IMG/VR virus record: IMGVR_UViG_3300038556_000051
Coordinates: 1 to 41,112 of that record
Reading direction: 5' to 3' (one strand)
From: a virus
Taxonomy: Duplodnaviria > Caudoviricetes
Length of the DNA stretch: 41,112 bases
A program made the translations under genes and the position numbers. Under the pieces are notes generated by a model. It was not told the origin of the DNA. It made no database searches and worked only from the letters and a program-made list of their open reading frames with translations. Below, piece by piece: positions 28,037 to 36,438 of this stretch (its first letter is position 1; each line of letters opens with the position of its first letter).

Positions 28037-28390
28037 CTAGAGTTCGATCGCTTCCTCGCGCTGCTTGGCCGACGAGTGGCAACTGGCGCATAGCGTCCAG
28101 AGGTTGCCGTCGTCCCAGAACAGCCGCTCGTCGCCGCGGTGCGGGACCTTGTGGTCCGCCACCAGCTTCGACGTGTCCGGCTCGATGCGGCCGCAGCCTG
28201 CCCACTGGCAGGTGAACCGATCCCGGACGAGCACGCGCCACCGGAGCGCCTTCCACCTGGCAGTCGAGTACCACCGCCGCCACGGCTGGGCGTTGCGGTT
28301 GCGGTCGACCTCGCGCGGGGTCTCCGCCATCTTGACCCGGCCGCCCCCGAGGCGCCCCACCCTGGGCGGCAGCGTCACCAGGCGGCCCAC
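28037..28390 (-). CDS. HNH endonuclease (terminase-associated, HK97 gp74-like)
   Basis: RDRFTCQ..GC, DHKVPHRGD, NLWTLCASCH; GTG at 28390 with GGAG SD. Confidence 0.9.
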   Translation of the reverse strand: MGRLVTLPPRVGRLGGGRVKMAETPREVDRNRNAQPWRRWYSTARWKALRWRVLVRDRFTCQWAGCGRIEPDTSKLVADHKVPHRGDERLFWDDGNLWTLCASCHSSAKQREEAIEL

Positions 28391-28406
28391 ATGCGCTCCA
28401 ACGAGA

Positions 28407-28436
28407 GCGGGCGGCACACCGAAGTGGACCGCCCGC
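28407..28436 (-). terminator. tR'-like hairpin in the late leader
   Basis: GCGGGCGG..CAC-TTCG-GTG..CCGCCCGC followed by TCTCGTT. Confidence 0.45.
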
Positions 28437-28544
28437 GAGAGTTCAGGAGAGGATGCCCCGATCGCTGTGCCATACAGCTCCCCGAGCCTGATCAGAGTTG
28501 GCACAGAATTGCCGCCAATGTGGACACCCAATATTTCGCAGCCG

Positions 28545-29084
28545 TCACTTTTCTGACCTTGACGGATTTCCGCGCAGATTTCCGCGGTTCAGGACATTGC
28601 AGATGCGCGTGAGAGCCCGGCTGTAGCGCTTCCGAAGACCATCGGCGCCGAACCGGACGCCCATCCGGGCGCGCAGATCCAGCCACGGCACTTGGGCGGC
28701 GCCACGCGCGAGCTCGGTGACGGCGAGCACCACCAGCCGGCGATCGCGCTCGGGCACGAGGCCGAGCCACTCGCTCGCCTCCATCATCTGCGCATACTCG
28801 GCCCGGGTCAGCGGCAGCTTGCGCGGCGCGGCGTCCGGGTCGGCATAGTCGCCCCACTCCGCACGGATCAGGTGCCACGGCCCATCCTTCGCGATCGGGC
28901 TGGGCCCGCCGCTCGGCATGCGGCGCCAGAGGTGGACGGTGTCGACCAGGCGGTCCTGGAGCCGGTCGAGTGTCCAGAGCCGACCAGCGGTCGCCACGAG
29001 CCGAGGATCGCAATCACCCTTCCGACTGTCGGAAGGATCGAAATCAACCCTTCCGGCCATGGCCTGCCCACAACTCTCTGACAT
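28545..29084 (-). CDS. Late transcription regulator (DUF6362-like, Q position)
   Basis: WT...QDRL..., MMEASEWL..V..RDRRLV; last early gene before the late operon; start uncertain. Confidence 0.65.
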   Translation of the reverse strand: MSESCGQAMAGRVDFDPSDSRKGDCDPRLVATAGRLWTLDRLQDRLVDTVHLWRRMPSGGPSPIAKDGPWHLIRAEWGDYADPDAAPRKLPLTRAEYAQMMEASEWLGLVPERDRRLVVLAVTELARGAAQVPWLDLRARMGVRFGADGLRKRYSRALTRICNVLNRGNLRGNPSRSEK

Positions 29085-29266
29085 TATTACACCTTTTTTA
29101 CTGTTGGAAGGATTGGAAGGATTGGAAGGATAATTGTGTATTTCGCTTCATGCGCATGCGCGCATGCGTGTGTGTGTCTGAATGTCGGCGCAATCCTTCC
29201 AACCCTTCCAAAGCCGCAGAAATCCGCGCTTTTTCCCTTCCAAGATGGTTCCGCCAACCTTCCGAT
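29018..29266. repeat. Iteron array, putative replication origin
   Basis: TTGGAAGGA x3 (29104-29130); inverted copies at 29194, 29203, 29235, 29258; inverted repeat 29018-29036; AT-rich segment; directly downstream of the primase-helicase. Confidence 0.75.
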
Positions 29267-29280
29267 CCGGAAGCATCAGG

Positions 29281-32200
29281 TCATGGCGGAAGCTCGTCCC
29301 ATCCATCTGTCGGCGGCGGCGCATGTGGCGGATCGTCGGCGATCGCGCGCACGCGGCCGTCCCCGTCGACGAAGTCGTGAACCTGTTTGATCAGGCGCAA
29401 GCCAAGCCACTGCATCCCGTCGCTGGCCTTCTTCTGAAATCCCTTCTCGGCCATCGCGCGGCTGAAGCCCTTCTGTGACCACTCGCGCTCGCCGGCGGCC
29501 TTTGCCCAGGCGCAGAACACCTCGTGCAGGTGCGACGACTGGACCTTGCCGACCGGATCGGCCTCGGTGCAGAGCCGCAGGAAGCGAGCGAGCGGATCAC
29601 TGTCGTCGCGATAGGCCTGAGTGGCCTCGGTCACCGCCGACGGCTCGACCAGCCCGTTCGCAAGCCAGTCCAGCAGCCCGGCGACGAGCCGGTTGAGCAC
29701 ACCCGAGCCCTCACGGGCCTTGATCTTCCCGAGCAGCTCGGGATCCTTTTTCGGCCAGTTCGCGACGCCGGATTCCGGCTTGTCGATGTTGCGGCCCCAT
29801 TCGACCAGCTTCATGCGGCCCCAGATCCCGTCGTCGGTATCCGGGATGTCCGGCTTGATGTTGCCGCTAATCAGGAGCTTGAACCGAGGGTGCAGGTCGA
29901 AGAAGCCGCGGTGCAGCGCTCGAACGGGGACCGGTTCACCGCCGGTCACGAACTTGATGAGAGCCGAGTTCAGCTTCGCGCCCCGCTCCGGCTCGGACGC
30001 GCGCAGCATGCGGACGCCGCCCAGCCGCGCGAGATCCGGCGTGGCCGCATCGCCGCGCTTCTTCACGCCCTGGTCGAGGAACGTCTCAACGAGCGTCGAG
30101 CCCGAATAGTCGCCGGCGACGTGACACCAGGCATCGATCGTCGTGGACTTGCCGTTGCGCCCGCGCCCGTACCAGAACCAGAGCTTGTGCTCGCCGGTGT
30201 CGCCGGTGAGTGCATAGCCGCCGACCTGGTGGAGGTAGCGGCGCATCGCTGGGTCGGGCTGGGCCCACTCGAGCATGCCGTCGTAGAGAGGGCACTCCGC
30301 AGCGGGATCGTACTCGAACGGCGCCAGCTTCGTGTTCAGATCATCGCGCCTGTGCGGGGCGAGCTCCACCTCGGCGCGCATCCCGTCGGCCAACTGGACC
30401 CGCCTGAAGCGCAACGTCCCGTTCAGCACGTTCACGGAGAGCGGATCGCTGTCGAATGCCTCGATCGGAATGGTCAGCCACCGCCGCGCCAGCAGCGCGA
30501 TCGAGGCGGGCTTGCCTGCCGTCTCGGACTGGCGGCCGAACGTCCGGAGCTTCGTCGAGAACAGCTCCCAGCCCCGACCTTTGGGCACCCAGTGATCGCA
30601 GGCGGCCGCGTCGACCTCCTCTTCGAGAAAGCTCGTCTTCTCCCGCTCCACGAGGATGCGCTTCACGCCTGTCGCAGCGACGCGGTCCGCCTCGCGCTGG
30701 ATGAGCCGGATCGTCTCGAATACGGCGGCCACGACCTCGGCTGGCGGCGTCTTCTCATCCTGATCAAGCAGCTTCCAGCGCCGACCATCCCAGCCGAACC
30801 AGCCCTTGCCCGTCGTGAAGCGATAGTCCGCGCCGAAGCGGTCGCGGAAGCGCTCGCCGATTCCGAAGTCGGTGAGTGGGTACCGCGCGAGCCGGAGCTC
30901 GAACAGGTCGCGGTGCGGATCATAACCCTTGTTGAACCCGTCATCGAATGCGCGATCGATGTCGGCGAGCTGCAGATCCGGGATTGCCTCGCACTTGTGT
31001 GCGATGAGCTCGCGCACCGCCGCTTCGTCGAACAGGCCAGCCGAGAGGCGGCGGCCGATACCCCAGAGGATCGCGGTCATCGCCTTCGCGTCCCGGGCGA
31101 CGAGATCGAGGCGGCGCTCGAGCCAGCGTTGCGCTATCCGCTTGGCCTGCTCGAGCTCTGCTGATTCGAGCGGTGGTGCCTCGCCTCCGGCATCCCTTGG
31201 CAGGCCTTCCATGGTTCCGAAGCGGAAGGGTGCCGTTGATTGCGCCTGCTGCGCGCGCGGGGGTGGCGCGCCGGCGTGGCCGTCGTTTGCCGGCGGAGGT
31301 GGCCCGCGGCGCCTGGTCGACCCGCCCTGGCGCTGAGCGCGAGCGATCGATGCGGCCGCGACCTCCGCGAGGTCGCGAGGGTTGTTGAGGCCGGCTGACC
31401 AGCCGCTCTCGAGCGTGGCGAGCAGCTGCCCGTCGCTGTCCCGGCCGGGGTTCTCGCGCGCGGCCGCCTCGAGCAGCGAGCGCGCGAGGTGGCCGTCGAT
31501 TGCGGCGATCGGCGTCGACACCGTGAGTGCCGCGATCTTGAGTGCGCTCTCGTTCAGCTGCGCGTTTCGCTTCCCCGACCCCGCGCGGCGCACCCGGTCG
31601 AGCTCGGCGTCGAGCGCCGCCAGGCCGTATTTGCGGATCGCGTCGCGCACGCGATCGTCGACGTCGAGCGAAGTGCCAGGCGCGGCGTGCCGTTGCGTCT
31701 CGACCGACGCGGCCGGATCCGCCGTTGCTCGCTCTGCCGCGCGCCGCCCGCCGCGATCGCGCAGGATCTCGATCAGCTCTATGGGCGCCTCCGCCACGGC
31801 CGCGTCGACGCGGCCGTGCAGCCAGCGATACCTGCCGGCTGTCGCATCGGCACATGGCTCGACGATCACCGATGGCGGCGCGATCACGTAGCCGCCGCGG
31901 CCGCGCACATCGACATGCTCGGGCAGGTTGCCGCGATTGCGGATCTCGTCCCCGCCGTCGCGCGGCTGCCGCAGGTAGATGTGGACGCCGCCCGATGGCG
32001 TGCGGACCGCGAGCGACGCCGGCACCGGGCAGCCCATCTGCACCTCGAGCCGCTCTTTCAGCAGCTCGAGCGTGAAATCCTCGCCGGTGGCCGGATCGTG
32101 CCTGGGATCGAAGTCTAGGGCGAAGAAGCCGTCGCCGTCGCGCGTGACCGCGCCGAGCGGAAGGCCGATCATCGCGTTCGGCCACTGGCGCCACCAGCGC

Positions 32201-32415
32201 AGGATCTGCGCCTCGTCCGTGGTCGCGGCTTTCAGGCCAGTGGCGACATAGGGCTGCTTGGCCTTGGGCGTGACCATCTCGCCGGCACGCTTGCCGGTGC
32301 GGATCTGGTAGGGCTCGCCGTCGCACTCGCGGCACGGGAAGACCGGCCAGCCGCGCCGCGCATATTGCAGCGCGGCCGAGGCCATCGGCGACGGCAGGTC
32401 GGCGCGCGTGCTCAC
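29281..32415 (-). CDS. Bifunctional primase-polymerase fused to P4/D5-type SF3 helicase
   Basis: GWPVFPC, RTPSGGVH, DVRG.GGYVIAPPS; TDFG.GERF; Walker A GRGRNGKST. Confidence 0.92.
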   Translation of the reverse strand: MSTRADLPSPMASAALQYARRGWPVFPCRECDGEPYQIRTGKRAGEMVTPKAKQPYVATGLKAATTDEAQILRWWRQWPNAMIGLPLGAVTRDGDGFFALDFDPRHDPATGEDFTLELLKERLEVQMGCPVPASLAVRTPSGGVHIYLRQPRDGGDEIRNRGNLPEHVDVRGRGGYVIAPPSVIVEPCADATAGRYRWLHGRVDAAVAEAPIELIEILRDRGGRRAAERATADPAASVETQRHAAPGTSLDVDDRVRDAIRKYGLAALDAELDRVRRAGSGKRNAQLNESALKIAALTVSTPIAAIDGHLARSLLEAAARENPGRDSDGQLLATLESGWSAGLNNPRDLAEVAAASIARAQRQGGSTRRRGPPPPANDGHAGAPPPRAQQAQSTAPFRFGTMEGLPRDAGGEAPPLESAELEQAKRIAQRWLERRLDLVARDAKAMTAILWGIGRRLSAGLFDEAAVRELIAHKCEAIPDLQLADIDRAFDDGFNKGYDPHRDLFELRLARYPLTDFGIGERFRDRFGADYRFTTGKGWFGWDGRRWKLLDQDEKTPPAEVVAAVFETIRLIQREADRVAATGVKRILVEREKTSFLEEEVDAAACDHWVPKGRGWELFSTKLRTFGRQSETAGKPASIALLARRWLTIPIEAFDSDPLSVNVLNGTLRFRRVQLADGMRAEVELAPHRRDDLNTKLAPFEYDPAAECPLYDGMLEWAQPDPAMRRYLHQVGGYALTGDTGEHKLWFWYGRGRNGKSTTIDAWCHVAGDYSGSTLVETFLDQGVKKRGDAATPDLARLGGVRMLRASEPERGAKLNSALIKFVTGGEPVPVRALHRGFFDLHPRFKLLISGNIKPDIPDTDDGIWGRMKLVEWGRNIDKPESGVANWPKKDPELLGKIKAREGSGVLNRLVAGLLDWLANGLVEPSAVTEATQAYRDDSDPLARFLRLCTEADPVGKVQSSHLHEVFCAWAKAAGEREWSQKGFSRAMAEKGFQKKASDGMQWLGLRLIKQVHDFVDGDGRVRAIADDPPHAPPPTDGWDELPP

Positions 32416-32540
32416 AGCCGCTCTCCGGCGCCAGAGCGCACGAGATCGGCCTCTGGAACAGAGGCGTGGCGCGGATCACTGCTCACGAAAATCTTGCCCC
32501 CCTACGGGTATGTTCTTGTCTGTCTGGCCCCGACCAGGCC

Positions 32541-32783
32541 TTAGGGCGGCGCTTCGCCGAGGATCCGCGCGGTCGTCACCGCCGGCGCGTGCTCGGCCAG
32601 CCAGCGGACCGCCGCGCGCACCTCGCCGGAGAGCGCCAGCGCGTTGCGCTGCGCCCGGGCGGTCATGATCGCGTGCCGCTGATCCGCCGGCAGCAGTCGC
32701 CAGCAGCGGACGCAGAGTCGCTCCCAGCTCTGCAGCTCACGGCCGCAGGCCGGGCCTGGGCAGACGTGCCTGCGCCGGCTCAT
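32541..32783 (-). CDS. Small Zn-finger protein
   Basis: CPGPAC...LCVRCWRLLP; ATGA coupling. Confidence 0.7.
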   Translation of the reverse strand: MSRRRHVCPGPACGRELQSWERLCVRCWRLLPADQRHAIMTARAQRNALALSGEVRAAVRWLAEHAPAVTTARILGEAPP

Positions 32784-32926
32784 GTGTCCAGCCGTCCGCA
32801 GCACGGGCACCGGCTCGGCCCGGGCCCGTAGAGTGCGTCGAAATAGGGCTTACGCCGCTCGCGCCATTCCCGCGCCCAGCGGCGGCCTTCCTCGGCCTCG
32901 ATCGTGCGCGTGCTCTTCGCCATCAT
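32780..32926 (-). CDS. 48-aa Cys-containing protein (not in ORF track)
   Basis: MMAKSTR...CPCCGRLDT*; ATGA overlaps at both ends. Confidence 0.6.
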   Translation of the reverse strand: MMAKSTRTIEAEEGRRWAREWRERRKPYFDALYGPGPSRCPCCGRLDT

Positions 32927-33930
32927 GCGATCTCGATGCGGTTCCCGAGCTGGCGGAGGCCGGCTCGCACGACGTCGAAGAAGAAGGCGCCGGGCAGCTC
33001 GTCACGCGCGCGGGCATTGTCGATCAGCTGGCGCCAGAGCTCCGGCCAGGCCCGCGCGATCGCGCGCATCGCGGACTGCGGATCGTCGATCAGCGCGGCC
33101 TGGAGCGCCGCGGGCGCCGGCATCAGCAGATGGTCCGAGCCATGCCCGATCTGCCGCGCGACGGTCTTGCGCCGCACCGCGGCCTCGGCTTCGCGCGCGA
33201 CCTCGTCGGCGACACGGGAGGGCGTCGGAACCGGCTCCGCGGCGGCCGCCGGCGGCGCGGGCAGCTGCGACGCGACCTCGGACGAGGTGTGGCTCTCTTC
33301 GTCGGGGATCGTGGCGGCCTGGCTCGCCTCCGGCTCGGCCGACGACGACATGGCCGCGCGCACGCGTGCCAGGGTCGCCTGGCGGGGCTGGACCGTCTTC
33401 TGCAGCTTGGTCAGCGTGTTCGGGGCGACGCCGGCGCGCGCGAGGAACGCCACGTAGCTGATGCCCTTGCTGTCGCAAAAGGCGCGGATCTCCGCAGCCA
33501 GCGCTTGTCCGGGCGTGGGCCCCGCCTCGACAGCATCGCTGCAAGAAGGCTGGCCGGGAGAGGGAACGGAGGCCTCTCCCGGCCCGGGCCCGGCGGCAGG
33601 GACGTAAACCGCCGGAACCCGTTTCTCATCGTCCTGCAGCTGCAGGACCAATCCTCGCACCCGCGCGATCGTCGCGGCCGTGGGCTTGCGCGAGTCCTCG
33701 AGCGAGCGGATCCACTCGATGCCCTTGCCGACGAGAGCCAGCGTCTCGACCAGGCTCAGCCCGTTGATGCGGGCGAACTTGCGCAACTCGTTGACGAGCT
33801 GCTGACCCGACGGCGCCGCGGGCAGGCGCGCGTCGAGCGGCGTGAAGAGGGTGCCGGAGGCGGGCACCAGCTCCGCCTCCGGCTCGAGCCCCGCGCGAAG
33901 GGGTGTCGACGCGCTGCTCGATCTTGTCAC
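32923..33930 (-). CDS. Protein with tandem Cro-like HTH domains
   Basis: Two repeats L..E.R.F....G.S.......P..AT.ARVR separated by Pro-rich linkers. Confidence 0.6.
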   Translation of the reverse strand: MTRSSSASTPLRAGLEPEAELVPASGTLFTPLDARLPAAPSGQQLVNELRKFARINGLSLVETLALVGKGIEWIRSLEDSRKPTAATIARVRGLVLQLQDDEKRVPAVYVPAAGPGPGEASVPSPGQPSCSDAVEAGPTPGQALAAEIRAFCDSKGISYVAFLARAGVAPNTLTKLQKTVQPRQATLARVRAAMSSSAEPEASQAATIPDEESHTSSEVASQLPAPPAAAAEPVPTPSRVADEVAREAEAAVRRKTVARQIGHGSDHLLMPAPAALQAALIDDPQSAMRAIARAWPELWRQLIDNARARDELPGAFFFDVVRAGLRQLGNRIEIA

Positions 33931-34496
33931 AGGAAGATGCTCGCCTTGGCGGACGTGGTCGCGCCGGTGTCGCAGATCGTGACGCGGCGCCCGATCGGCG
34001 CCCGCATAGAATCCACCTTGATCAGCCCCATGTTGCGGAGCTGGACGACGATCGCGGCCGCGCGCTGCCGGTAGCCCAGCCCGGCCTGCAGCGCGATCTC
34101 CGAGTTGGTCGGGCAGGGCTGGCCCTCCTCGGCCGCCTCCGTCAGGATCTGGAGCACCAGGCGCTGGGCGCGAGGCAGCTCGAGCGGGCGGACCATGGTT
34201 ACCAGCGGCTTAAGCGTCCGCCGCGCGCGGTACTCGAACAGCCCCGGCAGCGAGCTTCGCGCCTGCCAGAGCTGGACCGACCCACCGTCCGACAGCATGC
34301 GGGCGGCCGCCGCGCACGCGTCGGTCCGCGGCATGCGCGACACGCGGGCGTAGGTGCAGGTCTCGCCGGCGATCGCGCGCTGGGCCCAGCGGATAAGTGC
34401 CGCCGGCGCCGCGACGAAGATGCCCCGATCGGGGCCGAGCAGGTCCGGCGCGGCGACAGGTGCCGGGCTGGTCAGCGTGGGAAGGGTGTCGAGCAT
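33927..34496 (-). CDS. LexA-type winged-HTH protein
   Basis: LQILTEAAEEG.PCPTN.EIA...L.NMGLI. Confidence 0.7.
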   Translation of the reverse strand: MLDTLPTLTSPAPVAAPDLLGPDRGIFVAAPAALIRWAQRAIAGETCTYARVSRMPRTDACAAAARMLSDGGSVQLWQARSSLPGLFEYRARRTLKPLVTMVRPLELPRAQRLVLQILTEAAEEGQPCPTNSEIALQAGLGYRQRAAAIVVQLRNMGLIKVDSMRAPIGRRVTICDTGATTSAKASIFL

Positions 34497-35039
34497 CTAT
34501 ACCCCCATGCCGAGAGCGCGGCCGAGCTGGTCGCGAAGCGCGAGCGCGCCGGAGCGGCCCAGGCGGAAGGTCAGCCCCAGGCCACGGACCTCGATTGCGC
34601 CGTCCTGCGCCCTGCCGGCGCTGAACAGAGGACCGGGCGGCGTTTCGCCGAGCACGCCGGCGGTCGTCGCGCGCGGCGGCGCGGAAGGCTCGGGCACCGC
34701 AACCGCCTCGAGCGCGACTCCGCGACCCGTGCGCCCGAAATCCTCGAACCGCACCGCGCCCGCCGTCATCTGTCCGAGGCTCTCCGCGAGCGGACCGCTG
34801 GGCTCGATCTCGCCGGCGAGCAGCCGCGTGATCACGCCGCCCATGGAGAGCGGTGAACCCGGCCGCGCTGCTTCGCGCTTCGCCCGTTCCGGATCATCGG
34901 TGATCCAGGTCGCGAGCGCGATCGCCGCGACGCTCGGCTCGGAGGCTGCCCCGATCTCGAGCTGACAATGCCGGATGAGGTGCTCGGGGCCGTTGCCCAC
35001 GCACCAGCTCGGCAGGTGAAATGTACCATCGAAAACCAT
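34497..35039 (-). CDS. Hypothetical early protein
   Basis: GGAGGGA SD; stop abuts the next start. Confidence 0.65.
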   Translation of the reverse strand: MVFDGTFHLPSWCVGNGPEHLIRHCQLEIGAASEPSVAAIALATWITDDPERAKREAARPGSPLSMGGVITRLLAGEIEPSGPLAESLGQMTAGAVRFEDFGRTGRGVALEAVAVPEPSAPPRATTAGVLGETPPGPLFSAGRAQDGAIEVRGLGLTFRLGRSGALALRDQLGRALGMGV

Positions 35040-35096
35040 ATGTCCCTCCGCTCTCGCTACGCCTCACATGCGGTGCCCAACCGCGGCGCCTTGTCC

Positions 35097-35600
35097 TCAG
35101 CTCGTGTCGCTCCGCACGCCCGCGCGGGTCTCGATGGCTGTCAGCAGCGCGACCGCGACGCTGACCAGTTCGCGCGCGTCGGGGATCACCCCAAGCGCCT
35201 CGGCGCGGTCGACGTCCTGGTCGTCGGACAGCGCGGCACCCAGGCGCGCCATGACCTCGCCGGCTTCCTTGGCCAGCGATGCGAGCTGGCGGCCCCATTC
35301 GGTCTCGAGCGCCTCGACGGGCGGCAGCTGGAACAGGTCGAAGCCTTGCCGCCGCGCCAGGGCGCGCGTGACATGCGGCCAACCCGGCGCGCCGTGGCCG
35401 TGCTCTTCGATGGTTGCGACCAGGTCGATCGGCGCGAAGCAGCTCGTGTTCTTCGAGCCCCAGTCCGAAAAGCTCGACTGCGCGCGCCGGGTGATCTCGG
35501 TCAGGTAGACCTGCCCGCCGGCGGCCTTCATCGCCGCGGCCGTGGCGATCTTCAGGTCGAGCTGCTCGGGCGGCAGCCGGCGATCGCGCGCGGTGGTCAC
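35097..35600 (-). CDS. CII-like phage regulatory protein
   Basis: AAGG...R..S.FSDW, FAPID.VA..E...G.PHVT.ALA, KE.GEV pattern; position in the PR operon. Confidence 0.7.
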   Translation of the reverse strand: MTTARDRRLPPEQLDLKIATAAAMKAAGGQVYLTEITRRAQSSFSDWGSKNTSCFAPIDLVATIEEHGHGAPGWPHVTRALARRQGFDLFQLPPVEALETEWGRQLASLAKEAGEVMARLGAALSDDQDVDRAEALGVIPDARELVSVAVALLTAIETRAGVRSDTS

Positions 35601-36028
35601 GGCTGCGCTCCGGCTTGCGTCGCGTCCGCCGTGGAGTCACTCTCGATCAGACGGAGGGGCGGCCAGCCATGGGCATCAAAACTAGCGGCCACGTGGCCAT
35701 CACGGGTGATTGCGGCCACCAGTTCGAGATATCGTTCGTTGGGCTGGACGATCAGACCGATCTGGTTTGCCCCGCCTGCGGCGCGATCAGTCACCTCGAT
35801 GCGGATCAGGTCGGCCGGATCAACGATCAGCTCCAGGGTCGCGTCGAAGCCTTCCGCACGAAACAGGTCCGGAAGTTCTTCGGCGGCCAGCTCTCGAAGA
35901 TCACGCGACGCACAAAGCGCATCAAGTATCGTCGTAAATGACGAGCAGGCCATCTCTACAGCGGCCTGAACGTCTGCCGCGTCCAGTTCGACATGGATGC
36001 GGCCGACCTTCACCCCGGCGCTGGTCAT
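35597..36028 (-). CDS. 143-aa ORF, antisense partner of the Zn-ribbon gene
   Basis: AGGAGG SD; ATGA overlap upstream and GTGA overlap with cII; acidic, protein-like sequence. Confidence 0.55.
   Translation of the reverse strand: MTSAGVKVGRIHVELDAADVQAAVEMACSSFTTILDALCASRDLRELAAEELPDLFRAEGFDATLELIVDPADLIRIEVTDRAAGGANQIGLIVQPNERYLELVAAITRDGHVAASFDAHGWPPLRLIESDSTADATQAGAQP
35669..35941 (+). CDS. Zn-ribbon basic protein, nested antisense
   Basis: GGAGGGG SD; CGH...CPACG; K/R-rich C-terminus; 90 aa. Confidence 0.7.
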   Translation: MGIKTSGHVAITGDCGHQFEISFVGLDDQTDLVCPACGAISHLDADQVGRINDQLQGRVEAFRTKQVRKFFGGQLSKITRRTKRIKYRRK

Positions 36029-36438
36029 CGCACGCCCTCCTGCTTGCGAGCGGAACGGGCCGCGACCATGAGCGCTTTCCACAACCACGAAGGGCTGAGG
36101 TGATGATAGCGAACCTCGACGATCGAAAACCGAGAGTGGAGGAGCACACCGGCGGCGTAGCCGTATGGGTGCCGCTTGAGAACGGGGCGCATGGGTTTCA
36201 CCTGCCGCCCGACACCGCTATCTCGGCCGCCATCGATATGCTGTTCGTTGCCACGCGATTGAAGATTGGCGTTCGCGGCTCGCCATTGGCGCTTGAACTC
36301 AGTCCAGCCCAGTTGGACGATCTGACGAACAGCCTTCGCGAACTCCGCCGCCGGATCGGCCCGGAACTCCCGGACCATGATCGGCCCGGGCTCGCCCACG
36401 ACGGTGACGAGGCGAGCTGACTGTAGCTCGGGGCTCAT
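36025..36438 (-). CDS. 137-aa bridging ORF
   Basis: ATGA overlaps at both ends and GGGAG SD, but shadow-like sequence. Confidence 0.35.
   Translation of the reverse strand: MSPELQSARLVTVVGEPGPIMVREFRADPAAEFAKAVRQIVQLGWTEFKRQWRAANANLQSRGNEQHIDGGRDSGVGRQVKPMRPVLKRHPYGYAAGVLLHSRFSIVEVRYHHLSPSWLWKALMVAARSARKQEGVR
36103..36420 (+). CDS. Hypothetical protein, paralogue A (nested antisense)
   Basis: 105 aa; aligns with 36528..36914 (GVAVWV, HG..LPP.TA, VRG.P.A.ELSPAQL). Confidence 0.75.
   Translation: MIANLDDRKPRVEEHTGGVAVWVPLENGAHGFHLPPDTAISAAIDMLFVATRLKIGVRGSPLALELSPAQLDDLTNSLRELRRRIGPELPDHDRPGLAHDGDEAS

Noticed and set aside
28499-28513. TGGCAC...TTGC sigma54-like motif
   Set aside because: GG-to-GC spacing is 9 rather than the required 10, and it points away from the late operon
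29104-29130. Short tandem repeats as a possible CRISPR or VNTR
   Set aside because: 9-bp units with no spacers and no cas genes; better explained as iterons
30941-32479. 512-aa alternative-frame ORF within the primase gene
   Set aside because: Arg-rich off-frame product expected from high GC3
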